A stretch of 64,000 nt of DNA from the human T2T-CHM13v2.0 reference genome, Homo sapiens. The position numbers and the translations under genes were made by a program. Positions 44,511 through 56,450 of this stretch are shown here, one piece after another. The notes under the pieces were generated by a model. The model was not told where the DNA came from, searched no databases, and was given only the letters and a program-made list of their open reading frames with translations. The stretch is taken from NCBI RefSeq assembly GCF_009914755.1, contig NC_060938.1; one strand, written 5' to 3'. The stretch's first letter is position 1. Each line of letters starts with the position of its first letter.

Positions 44511-46283
44511 ATGTGGCCACATGGCTTTCTCCTCTAACCCTAGACTGCAGCAGGCATCGCCTGAAGTTGTAGATGAGGTGCAGAGGTCATCACCTGTCGC
44601 CTGAAGGGTGGTTTTGATTGTTTGTGTTCCCTGCTCATTGCTAAGGGATAAAGGCTCAGGGGCTACTTATGCTCACAGACTGAGCTCAGCACACAGTTCT
44701 GACCTATTTTGTGGCTTTAAATTCAGAGATGCCAAGAACACTGTGTTTTTGCTGCTAAGTCTGGCAACTTAACCCACAGTAACCTTTAGGTGCTTTCCAA
44801 CCCTGGAATTTCTTTGCTTATTGTTCTGGGTGGAAAATGAAAACCCTCTCTGCCAGCAATTAATTTACAGAAATAAACAGGATTTCTGCTTTTCGTGACA
44901 AAGACAGTCCCGGAATGCCAATCTTAGGGCTGCCAGATTGCAATTTCAAGTGGGTGCAGCCAACATGGTTACAACCTGCAGGTGATTTATCGAGAAGGTT
45001 ATGAGAAAAGGAGAAAATGCAGTCACGAAAGGAGAAAATGCAGTCAGGAGGAAGTGGAGAAAGGCATTGTCTAGGAGTTCTTGTACTCACCTCTAATTTC
45101 TCTGGCAACAAGTCTCTGTGCCCTTGGCCTTCTACCTTCCCTTTTTAAAAAAAAAAAAAATTGCTGATGATTCTTGTTTTTTCACTCTGTTCTATTTGAC
45201 TTATTTCCAGCCCTTTCCTGACATGGGTGCAGCCTGGCCCCTGCTTCCAAGCCACATCCCTGCCTGATGGCATCTCAAAAGCATTTGTCACCCAGAACCC
45301 TTGGCTTGCTACATTTTGCCTGTGGGTCTGGTCCCTTCATCTAAGAGCTGCTCCTGGGGTGGTTGACTGGATACACTCTAGAAACAACATCCAGACTGCA
45401 GAAGCAACCTCACTCCTTCTCCTTCCCTGGATACTGAATGAATAGGGACACAATGCATTGGAAATGAAGGCGGTAGGCATAGAGCTGAGCCACAGACTTG
45501 CTGAGAAGCTGGAAGGATTTGCTCAGGAAGGAAGAGTGGCACGGGTTTGGGGATGGAGGCTCCGAGTGGCACCAGCCAGGGACCATTAGAGATTATGTTG
45601 GGGGAGTTAAAAGCAGTGATTAAGTCTGAGAACACTGTCTCCTCCATCTCAGCCCCTGCTGAAAATCAATCCTTGTAATCACTCTCCTATCACCACTGCT
45701 GCTCTTCAAGGCTCAGCGCAATAGTTTGTTAGGTAGATTAGGAGAGAAGAGAAAGGACCCACTGGTCTTCCTCAGACGTCAGCTTTTCCAACATCCTGCT
45801 TCTACTGCCTGCCTCTGAGAACTTCACTGTTTAGGGCTTTGCAGTTTGGATGCTTATCTTTCCCAAGACTTTATCTGCGCTGATCTCAGGGGTTCCCTGG
45901 GCCGGACAGTGAGCAAGTATTTGTTGTGCATGGTTTCAAGGTGCCTAGTGTTAAAAACGGACACAGCCCCATCTTCAAGGAGCTCACAGTTGCTCCTGGA
46001 GTCAAGATAAACACAGATAACAATGGAAACCTGCAGAGAAACTAGAGAATAATTTCCTTTAGGCAATCGCTGGAAGCTAAATGTTCTTCGTACTTTCTGC
46101 TTTCATCTTACTCTTGGTAACCTCCCCATCACCTCCCTCACGATTCCATCCTGGAGTAGTTTAGACACAACACCCTGCAGAGCTTGATCCTCTCGATCCT
46201 CTGCAGAGAGACACGGAAGTAGTTCCAACTCTCTCTGGAGGAGTGGCCGGCAGAGGAATCTTGATAATAAAGTCTAATTAACA

Positions 46284-46600
46284 GGCCAGGCATGGTGGCT
46301 TATACCTGTAATACAACACTTTGTGAGGCTGAAGCGGGTGGATCACTTGAGCCCAGGAGTTCGAGACCAGCCTGAGCAACATGGCAAAACTCCGTCTCTA
46401 CAAAAAAATACAAAAATTAGCCAGGTGTGGTGGCACACACCTGAAATCTCAGCTACTTGGGGGACTGAGGCTGGAGGATTGCTTGAGCTTGGGAGGTTGA
46501 GGCTGCAGTGAGCTGTGTTCACACCACTGCACTGCAGCCTGGGTGACAACGTGAGACCCTATCTCACACACACACACACACACATACACACACACACACA
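46284..46600 (+). mobile_element. AluJ-like element with (CA)n tail
   Basis: Alu dimer ending in a CA repeat. Confidence 0.9.
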
Positions 46601-47394
46601 AATCCTCACAATTTACAGACCGAACTAAGAGTGAGTTGTTTGCTATGGATTCAATTCAACATTTAATGTGCAACTATAGTGCACCCAGGGCATTGTGCAC
46701 TATAGGAATGGTGGGTGGTACAAAAATGAGCAAGAGTTCTGTCTCTAAAGAGTGTGTCCTCCATGTGTTTCTAATATTATTTGATTTTCAAAACTTCAAT
46801 TCATACAGGATCCTTTGGAGGTACCCATGGTTCTCTGACTCTCTTCCTGAACTACCACTGAAGTCATAGCGTTAACATATTTAAAATCTCAGATGAATTT
46901 TTGTAATCATACGAAATTTATTATCGACTCTATATTGGTATTGGTTTCGATATAAAATGATCCTCTTCTTCCCCAACCTCATACTCCTCAAGTTCTACTT
47001 ATAACACTGGAGCAGCAGGAAAACGGACTAATTGTATCCCATCTTTTGTATCCCTGGCATACTATCTTACACCCAAGGAACACAAGTACCCCTGAGAATC
47101 AGAGTTATAGATACTCAATACCTATTTATTGATTTCAAAACCCAGAGAGGTGTAAGACACCAGGGCCTTGGAATTCTCCCTCTCTCCCTCTACATTTTTC
47201 CTTTCTTCACCCTCTAGTCCTTCATGCCTTCTGGTCTGGGACACCCCTCCCCTGGCTTTTACCTTCTTTCTGCACATTTCTTACAGGGGCTCCCTGTTTG
47301 GTTCTGGTCCTTATTTTTGCATTTGGCATTGTTTTAGTTTTGAACACAGAACCATTTAGGCCCAAGGCAAATGGTGGCCCAAAAAAGATAGTTA

Positions 47395-47885
47395 ATCATT
47401 CCATTAATTAATTATCTCAAAAACCACATATAGATCTGCTCCTTGGACTAATAGCTGTGCTGGACAGTGGGAATACAGTGATGAGCAAAATGGAAATGTT
47501 GTCTCTCCCAAAGATGCCTTCAAGGGACTGGGAAAGCCAGACATTGATCAAATAATTATACCAGTATATAGTGTTGAATTGTGTCATGAAGGGAGAGAGC
47601 AGAGTGCTATGAAAATGTATAGCAAGGTGTTTGATCTGATCTGGGGGAGGTGGTCAGGGAGGGCTTCCTGGAGGAAGGGACATTGCAGGAGAAATGAGGA
47701 TGAGTAGGAGTTAACTAAATGAAAAGGGGTTGTGGGGCAGCATTTCAGGCAGCAGAGCAGCATGTGTAAGAGTCCTGTGGCTGGAGGAAGGAAGTACAGC
47801 CAATTTGAGGAATTGAAAGGAGACTGATGTGGCTAGAGCAAAGACAGAGAAAGAAGTGGTGTAATGTGGGCTGGAGAGTCAGAGG
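47395..47885 (-). mobile_element. L2 fragment
   Basis: 'ggtcagggagggcttcctggaggaaggga', 'gcatttcaggcagcagagcagcatgtgtaa'. Confidence 0.65.
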
Positions 47886-48067
47886 AGGGGGGCGGAATTC
47901 TAAAATCCAAATAGATCATGACAGCTGGGTATACACTAGGGTCGGGACATCACCAAGTATGCTTACTCAGGTCCAGAGTAAATTAAGTAGGAGGAACTTT
48001 AAATAAAACCAAATTAACCAAGACCAGTAATGCAGGAGGAGGTAAATTCACCGTAAGAAATACTCCA

Positions 48068-48378
48068 GGCTGGGCGCGGTGGCTCATGCTTGTAATCTCA
48101 GCACTTTGGGAGCCCGAGGCGGGTGGATGGATCACTTGATGTCAGGAGTTTAAGACTAGCCTGGCCAATATAGTGATACCCCGTCTCTACTGAAAGGCAA
48201 AAATTAGCAGGGTGTGGTGGCAGGCGCCTGTAATCCTAGCTACTCACGAGGCTGAGGCAGGAGAATCACTTGAACTCGGAAGGCGGAGGTTGCAGTGAGA
48301 TGAGATCATGCCACTGCACTCTAGCCTGGGCGACAGAGTGAGACTCCATCTCAAAAATAAATAAATAAATATATAAAT
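48068..48378 (+). mobile_element. Alu
   Basis: TSD aaatactcca. Confidence 0.92.
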
Positions 48379-51300
48379 ACTCCAAAAAATCTCAGAAGAT
48401 ATGTTGGCTGAATGAATGATGGATAAATAAAGACCTAGTACATGATTAAGTGTCTCCATTTCCAGCCACTTTCTAAGCAGAGGCCTGACCTGGCTCTGCC
48501 TCTTCCAGAGCAAATCACCTCAGTACTCTTCCTTTTTGCTGCCATGGCATTCTGTACATGTGACTATCATGGCTTTGTCCCACTGGATTGCAGTGATGGT
48601 TTGCTGCTAGCTTCTCTCATTAGACTCTAAGCTCCTTGAAGGCAAGGACCATGCCCTACTCATTTTTTCATTCCCAGTGCCCAGCACAGTGCCTGGCACA
48701 TAATAGGTGCTCAGTAAGTATTGGTTGAAGGAATGCATACTGTCCTGTCCATATAAATTCCACCAGACTTCATGATGATCAGGATGACACAAGTGTACAG
48801 CTGCCTAGGCCTCCTATACCCTCGGAACTAGAAGCCAACATTTCAGGAGAGCCAGCTGCATTACAGTCCTGTTTTGCAGTCAAAGAAAGGCATTCACTGA
48901 GTCAGTCTCAACCTTGTTCTTCTGGTGACCAAATCTGGGACCTTGTTTTCCTTGTGAGGTTTTCTGTGAGGGTGCCCAGACAGCTCATCAAGCCAATGGG
49001 ATCTAAGTAGGAAAATCCAACGGATTAACTGCTAGTCCTCTGCACTAGCCTATGATATTAATATTCCCAGTATGAATAGGCTTTGTATTTCCAAGCTACA
49101 CATGCACATCCATTGTTTCCTTTTGTCTACACAACACCTCTATGAGGTATTTAGCTGAAAGAGGTTAAATGGTTGATCCATGGTCCCATGGCAAGTCAGT
49201 CAGGCCTGGAGGCTTTTTCTCCTACATTCCCCTGCCTTACTCCCTACCCCAGAAATTTCTCTGTTACCCACCTTGACAGGAGATGGTTCTCAGTGGCCAC
49301 TGTCTGGGAGATGCTCTGTGTAGCTCTTTGGGCCTTGTTCCTGCCAAGCCAAGCCTTGGCAAACTCTGGTGGGAAGCTGAGGGGGTTGGCCAGGAACTTC
49401 AGAGATTCAGTGTATGGGGAGAGAGAGTTGCATAAGCCGGGTCTGCTTTCTCTCTTTCTCCCAGAGGCAACCTGATGCAACTTGCAGCTACAGAGCCATC
49501 TTCATGGCTTCTTGCTTCAGCCAGAGCAATCAGGAGGGAGAGGCAGGCTGAACTGAAGACAGACAGCAGCCAGGAGGGGAGGAGGAGCCATTTCTGCCTG
49601 AGCCCAGGGCCAGGGAGCCTTCAGGCTGGAGACAAGCTGGTGTCAATGAATCTTACAGACAGATGACAGCTGGCTTCTAGAAGATGTGAGCCCTGGCCCT
49701 GCTCTGGAGCTGCCCACTCAGGATGAGGCAATGCCGTGCCCTTCTTCAGGAGAATGAAACCTAGCCCACTGTTACTCTTTTCTTCCCTTTGGAGACAAGG
49801 CTGCTATAGGGTTAAATGGTCTGATCCAAGACCTACAGAAAAAAGACATTTTTCCCTATTAAAAAAATTCATTAAACAATTGCTGAGGTCTAGGCATTTA
49901 TTGAAAGATGAAAGGGTAGTCTCTATTCTCAAGATGTTTACAGTCTAGTAGGAAGGTAAGCAGACACATAAAAATCATACATGAAAAAGAATGTGGTTAA
50001 GTGTCTTAAAAAGAGAGGGTTAGAATCTGGCTTAATGAAGGCAAACCAGAGTGTGGCATCAGAGAGGCCATCAGTCTTGAAAGGCACCTGGAATTAAATT
50101 TGGAAGACAAATGCATGGCAAATGCCTATGATTCTAGGCCACTGAGCAGTTTCCATGGCTGCAACCTTCCTTTTTTATCTAGGATGATAATAATAATACT
50201 AACGACCTTTCTCAGCTACTTATTATGCGTCAGGTACTGCACTGAGCACTTTGCATCCCCCATCTCATGTCATCATTAGAACCACCTGAGGTGGGTATAT
50301 TCTTATCATCCTGTTTTACAGCTGAGGAAATTAAGGCCCTAAGAGGTTAAGGAACTCATCAAAAGTCAAGCAGCTGGAAAAAGTTGGAGGTGAGATATAA
50401 ACCCAGCTTGTATTTAACATTTTAAATGTTACAGAAATCTGTAAACAACTACTGCTTCCAAAAGTGAAAACCTCCCCACAGATTCTGGGGAAGTGCTCAA
50501 CTGTCCTGTGGAGCAGTCCAAGTTCTAGTGGCATCTCTCTCTCTCTCTTTCTCTGGTGCCAGGCTCTTAGACTCTGAAGCTCCTGGGAGGGTCTGAGACT
50601 AACAATTCCAGGCAGGAAAAAGGCAAGATTAGGAGAAAAAAAAATCAGCATCACAAATCTCAGAATTCTGCAGAACCAAGTGAAAGTCTCCTGGGCCCAA
50701 CATATCTGAAATGGTCTCTAAAGCAAATGTCTTGGCCTTAGTCTCCATCCTAAGCCTCTCTGGAGTTCAGAGATTTTCCCCGCCCTCACAATATGAGTAA
50801 CTAGAAAACGATTCATCTGTGTCCATTTGCCAGTGGTTCTTCAACTTCCTTTCAGCGTCTCAATGCATCATAAGCTGTTAGTCCTGACAGAGGCTTTAGT
50901 GATTAGTCCAATCCCTTCAATTTGTACATTACACATTAACAGTGGTTAATGGAAGAGCTTCTGGGATGTTTTCTCTTTGTTTTAGTAAAAAAATCATCTT
51001 ACCACTAAACACTAATGTGAGAGTTACTTTGATTGCAAAACAGAAAAGAATCTTACAAGCATTGTGTGTGTACACTGAGAATCTCCATCAAACCTCATCT
51101 TTCCTATGTTGATCCATTTGCAGTATCCCCCTTTGTGGCAGAGGCATATGGATGGTTGAGGGTGTAGTGGGCAGAGCAATGCATTTCTCCAGCGCTGAGA
51201 ACAGTCTGCTGCTGCTGGCCTGCTCTCTGCTTTTTGATCTGGCACACCCAGCAGCTCTGCCATGTTCAAGGCCAGCAGCCATCCATTTGTCTGCCAGGCT

Positions 51301-51395
51301 CCTTCTTGGCCTTACCCACTGGCAGTCAGAGCTAAGCTGATCTTTCTGCCTGCTGGCTGCTTATCTGGGACATATGATTTGTGGAGGACGGCCTG

Positions 51396-51560
51396 CTAGA
51401 AGGGAGCCGTCCTTCTCCAAGCCCCTGCAGGTGAGGGGAGCCACACTGACATGCCACGTCTGCTCCAGAATCTCAGGCTCTTAGTCTCCATTTGCAACTG
51501 CAAACACCTGTGCTCTGTGGCTAGCATTGGGCAGTGAGCAGAGAACAGGCATGGGAACAT
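51396..51560 (-). CDS. NPC2: Candidate alternative terminal coding exon of NPC2 (54 aa, MFPCLFSAH...WRRTAPF*)
   Basis: Good acceptor gtgac-ctcttctactttctgcag|ATG. Phase 0 matches the exon 4 donor, giving 147+54=201 aa. I recall an annotated 201-aa NPC2 isoform but could not verify it here. Confidence 0.5.
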   Translation of the reverse strand: MFPCLFSAHCPMLATEHRCLQLQMETKSLRFWSRRGMSVWLPSPAGAWRRTAPF

Positions 51561-51745
51561 CTGCAGAAAGTAGAAGAGGTCACTGTTCTTCTGCCCCAGT
51601 CGAGAGGAGCTGGCCGGATCCACTCACCCACATTGCCCACCCTCTTCCAGGACCCTTGAGCCACCTATGCAGGCCATCTCCTGGTCTCCACCCTCCCCTC
51701 CACCCCTTTTTAGGAACCAAACCCCTGGTTTGGAGAGCCTGGTAG

Positions 51746-51817
51746 GTTCCCATAGCAATGGGCCTTTTAGCTGTTTCCATGGCAACCAACACCCAGACCA
51801 TTTAGTTGCTAGTCAAC
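51746..51817. promoter_or_regulatory. Cluster of three RFX X-box motifs
   Basis: GTTCCCATAGCAAT 51746-51759, GTTTCCATGGCAAC 51773-51786, GTTGCTAGTCAAC 51805-51817. Confidence 0.65.
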
Positions 51818-51977
51818 TGACAGCTGTAAGTGAATCGGATTCAGTTTAGAATCTAGGGATAGGCTGAGGAATTCTCTTCAGAGAAAAAGACACAACCACC
51901 CAAAATGACTCAAATCCTTCAAAGACTTTCAGGCAACATCTGTGGAGATCCAGAGCCACTTTCTACTTTGGGTCACT

Positions 51978-52006
51978 CAACCCTGTCTCCCCCCAGCCCC
52001 ATTCCC

Positions 52007-52061
<55 letters not shown>

Positions 52062-52087
52062 CCCTGTCTCCCCCCAGCCCCATTCCC

Positions 52088-52118
<31 letters not shown>
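51978..52118. repeat. Two-copy tandem repeat of a ~30-bp unit plus (CA)n
   Basis: caaccctgtctccccccagccccattcccaa followed by (CA)n, twice, with different CA lengths. Confidence 0.92.
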
Positions 52119-52121
<3 letters not shown>

Positions 52122-54933
52122 CGCCTGAGTGTTCCAGGCCTTTAAATAAGGCATACCCCAACCTCTATTTCCTGTTCTGTCTCTTCCTTGGGAAAAACAC
52201 TTGTTTAACGTGACTTTCACCTTGGCGACTTTCTTACACGACTCCTTTTTCTGTGCTAATGCTTTTCTTATATACTGTAACCCTGTCCTTGTACCAACCC
52301 ATTTAACCATTGCTTTTTGGATTATCTGAAGTGAATGGCTGATCCCAGATCATTTTCTCTTAGTTGACCTCACCTATTTCAAGCCACTCTTCCTATGTCT
52401 GGAGGGTGTTCTCAGAGAACAAGCTGTTTTTATCAACCTTTCCAAAGCATAATCAAGATCACCCTGTTTCTTTTCTGAAAGACTTTGTGTTAAAAAAAAA
52501 AAAGATCACTCTGTTCCTTTTAAAAAAAGTCAACTAAGATTTAAAAACCAAATATGCAGGATTTAAAATTACTCCATGCTTGTTGCTTTTTATTAGTATG
52601 AAGATTTGACTGAATACTAGTCTTCATATTTAACCTTTTCCCAAACTGGAGATATGAGGTGTTGGGTTCCCTTTATTCTATAAGCAGGGGTGCCCCTCAT
52701 TATTATTTCAACAATTAGAATCTGGGATTTATCTGTCCTGGAATTCATGTAAGAGCTGAGCCTCCAAAACCTGCTCCGTGGACTAGAAAAGCATGAGACG
52801 GTCATTGGAAAGAGGATGACCTTTTTGATATACCTAAGATTCAGTGCTTCTCAATGTTTTAATGACTCACGGGGGCGTCTGTGAACTGTCTGTAGAAGAC
52901 GACCTTTCAAACTAATCCCCCCACGGGAGCCCTACCTAGCTCACGGCTGCAGGCTTCATGTAGCCCCGCGATGGCTGGCAAACAGTCACAAGCTGTTGTG
53001 TTCCCCTTTTGCTCTGATGGAAGGGTATAAACTAGCCGAAATACTTTTTAATTTCGATTTCTGAAATATCTACTTATACTCTTTGTCTTTAGTGCTTCCC
53101 CACCCTTTTCATTATCACTCCTTACAGGAGCTTTTATGGACCTTTTAATCCTAATCGACCACCCCACCAAATTTTAATACCGCAGATATAATATGTATCT
53201 GTTTATGTATTATCTGTCTGTTCCTGCTTTACACATAAAAAGATTAAGAATTTTTTTGTCCCTAAGAACAAATTTTCACAAAGAATGCAAGTTATAAACA
53301 ATGAAAGATATACAGTATTAAAACATTGTTTCAAATTTGAAGAATAAGTGGAGGAAAGAAAAATATATTTTAGAACTTAGATATGTAAATTATTTCCAAA
53401 ATAGTTTAACACTCAAACTAGTCAGCTGTATCAAAATCAATTCTCCCTGAAGTAGGCACTGTTCCTAGCTAGAGGCAAGTACTCATTTTGCATGGTATTG
53501 TGAGTCCTGTCTTCTTTTAACACAAGGGCAGAGGAGTATGCAGGGTGGGTAGCTGTTAACTTCAAAGGAGCTAAATGGCATGAGAAATCTTCTGGGAATA
53601 GGGAGACAGTGGACACATGAGAATTGAGCTTTTCCAGGCCTTTCAGAAAGTTCTTGTGCACAGAGGATAGCCTCATCCTTCTGAGGAGACATCATCAAAT
53701 CTCAGATTGAACCTTCTAATTTTCCTGCTATTTGTAGACAAAGAAGAATGTCTGTCTCCCAGAGTGACAGCTAACATTTAGAGAGTATATACTATAGCCA
53801 GGGTCATTCTAAGTGTTTTACATGCCTCATCTCATTTAGTCTTCACAGCCCTATTATTATTAGTCCTATTTAACAGATAAGGAGACTGACACACAGAGAG
53901 ATGAAGTGATTTCAAGATCACACTGGTAGTCCTGTTAATTGTTGGTGCCAGGATTCAACCATAGGCAGTCCGAAGCCAGAGACCCGCACAACAGTTAACA
54001 GCCTCAGGAATTCACACAATTCTGATACATCTAGAGTCTGGTATGGGAGACAAGGTGGACTGTCACTCTAGACTCAATGTGGCAGGATACACAAAAGATC
54101 TTAGGTAAAAAGTACACTGGTTGACTGGCTCCTAGCATTAACTAGGAAAGCTTGGCTGTTGATAACTGTATTCCTGATCCATCACTGTCCCCTGGTGGTT
54201 TTCCTGGGAAACTCACAGACCAAAGAAATCCAAGGGTCTAGTGAAATTAGTGGGATGAAAAGAACTGGATCAAATCAATCACTTGCTCACAAGCACTTTG
54301 TATGAATGTTCCTTCCTTTTGCCCTAACAATGGATGACCTAAGGTCCATGTTATTCAACTCAATTGTGAATGGGGTTGTAATCCCTGTACCACCTAAGAG
54401 CTGACTGCTAGTATACTGACTCAAAATAGGTGGCAAAATATATGCCCATGATTATACTTGTACTTTAAGATAGGAAACTCCAAGATTTAATTAATTTAGC
54501 CATTACTTGCTACAACTTCACATTTCATTTTTAAGCTTCTAGGCTTTCTTCACAGCAGTGTTCCCAAAAGATCACCATGCCTCATCCTAACCTGTAATCC
54601 CTAACCCCTACCTGCCCTCCCCACCAAATTCAGTTCCTTCAACCTTTCAGGCGTTATTATTCAACTAGGTGATTTTTACTTTCACTGCTTCTTTCGAGCA
54701 TGCTTGGTGGTATAAGATTGTGTCAAATAAAGCAAAACAAGGCCATTTTATATAAAATAGATATGGTCTTACTGGACAAAAAGGAGGAAAAAGAGTTTCT
54801 GAAAAAGTCATGTCTTCAGTGCACTCTGGGACCACGGAACTGGGGGCCTGCCTTCCATGGTTCTAGCAGAATGTACCCTGAAAGGAGCAGGAGAAGACCA
54901 CAGCCCACATGCAGAAGACAAGACAAACGAGTT

Positions 54934-54943
54934 TTTATTTATT
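54934..54943 (-). terminator. NPC2: NPC2 polyadenylation signal (overlapping AATAAATAAA)
   Basis: Plus-strand tttatttatt about 300 nt after the stop codon, with GU/U-rich sequence downstream on the minus strand. Confidence 0.85.
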
Positions 54944-55102
54944 CAAGAGTAAATTTCCAGGTGTAGAAAGAGGCCACAAGTTAATGTTGTTAAAAAAAAA
55001 ATTAAACATCTGCTAACCAAGTGCTGCATTTAATGAAACCACCTAAGACAGAAAAAGAGACATGAGACAACCACTGAGAACCAGCCACCCGGAGCTCAGT
55101 TT

Positions 55103-55174
55103 CTGCTACAGAGCACCTCCTCTTCAACGAATCACTGGATACCATTGGAGAGCAAGTCACTGTTGTTGAAGCAG
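55103..55174 (-). ncRNA. MIR4709: miR-4709 precursor hairpin in the NPC2 3'UTR
   Basis: Minus strand CUGCUUCAACAACAGUGACUUGCUCUCCAA...UUGAAGAGGAGGUGCUCUGUAGCAG (72 nt) matches the recalled hsa-mir-4709; terminal CUGCU/AGCAG pairing is visible. Confidence 0.85.
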
Positions 55175-55243
55175 CAGAGCTGGAGGTGCTGTCAAGAGTC
55201 TCAGCAGACTCATTGGCCAGATGCACCGAACTCAATGAGGCAC

Positions 55244-55258
55244 TTAGAGATGAGAAAC
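55244..55258 (-). CDS. NPC2: NPC2 exon 5 coding part (VSHL*); 3'UTR extends to ~54915
   Basis: cag|GTTTCTCATCTCTAA completes the known NPC2 C-terminus. Confidence 0.95.
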   Translation of the reverse strand, partial: VSHL

Positions 55259-55590
55259 CTGTGGATGTAATGTCCCAGCTCAGTGGAAGTGGTTTGGAAC
55301 CTTTCCTCCACTGTCAGGGCAATAACCCTAGGGCAAGTTATCAGACATTCCTAAGCAACCTCCTTCAGGTCCTGTCTGGCTGGACCTTCCTTACTCCGAC
55401 AGAAAAAAACCAATGAAGACAGTTAAATCAATCTCTACAGTCTCACTCTCTCTTCTTTCCTTCAACCTTTTTTTTTTTTAACAAAGGATATTACAAAGGC
55501 AACAGTTCTGAGCTCTCAGGAAATAGGGTCTCAGATGCTTTTAGAGGTTGAGAGGCATAAAACAGCAGTCTTGAAATTCCTTTTATCTTA

Positions 55591-55857
<267 letters not shown>

Positions 55858-56043
55858 TCATACTTTTTTTCTTAAATCATGAGGGCTGCTTAGCATGTGG
55901 GCACAGCTTACAGCCTTAAGAGAGTGAACAAAGTTATACTTGTGATTTGATGCTAGCAGCACCACATACTAACTTGGTTAATTTATCAAATGTAATTTCT
56001 AAAGCATTCTCTTCTCTCTTAGATCAATGGCATATAAATGAAG

Positions 56044-56450
56044 TGATACGGTTTGGTTATTTGTCCCTTTGAAATTTCATGTTGACATGTGACCTCCAAT
56101 GTTGGAGGTGGGCCTGGTGGGAAGTATTGGATCATGGAGGAAGATCCCTCATGAACGGCTTAGCACCGTCCCCTTGGTGATGAGTGAGTTCTCACTGACT
56201 TCACATGAGATCTGGCTGTTTAAAAGAGTCTGGGGCCTCCCCCTTCTCTTTCTTGCTTTAGTGCTGGCCATGTGACACGCTGGCTCCCCTTTGCCTTCTG
56301 TCCTAACAGTAAGCTTCCTGAAGCCTCACCAGAAGCAGGTGGTGGCACTATGCTTCAGGTACAGCTTGCTGAACCGTGAGCTGATCAAACCTCTTTTCAA
56401 GTTACCCAGTCTTAGGTATTCCTTTACAACAAGGCAAATGGACTAACACA
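56044..56450. mobile_element. MaLR solo LTR (MSTB-like) in NPC2 intron 3
   Basis: tgatacggtttgg...ggactaacaca; 5-bp TSD TGAAG. Confidence 0.9.

Noticed and set aside
45004-45046. Short direct repeat aaaggagaaaatgcagtca x2 (similar case at 4806-4836)
   Set aside because: Simple slippage duplication; no spacers, so not CRISPR-like
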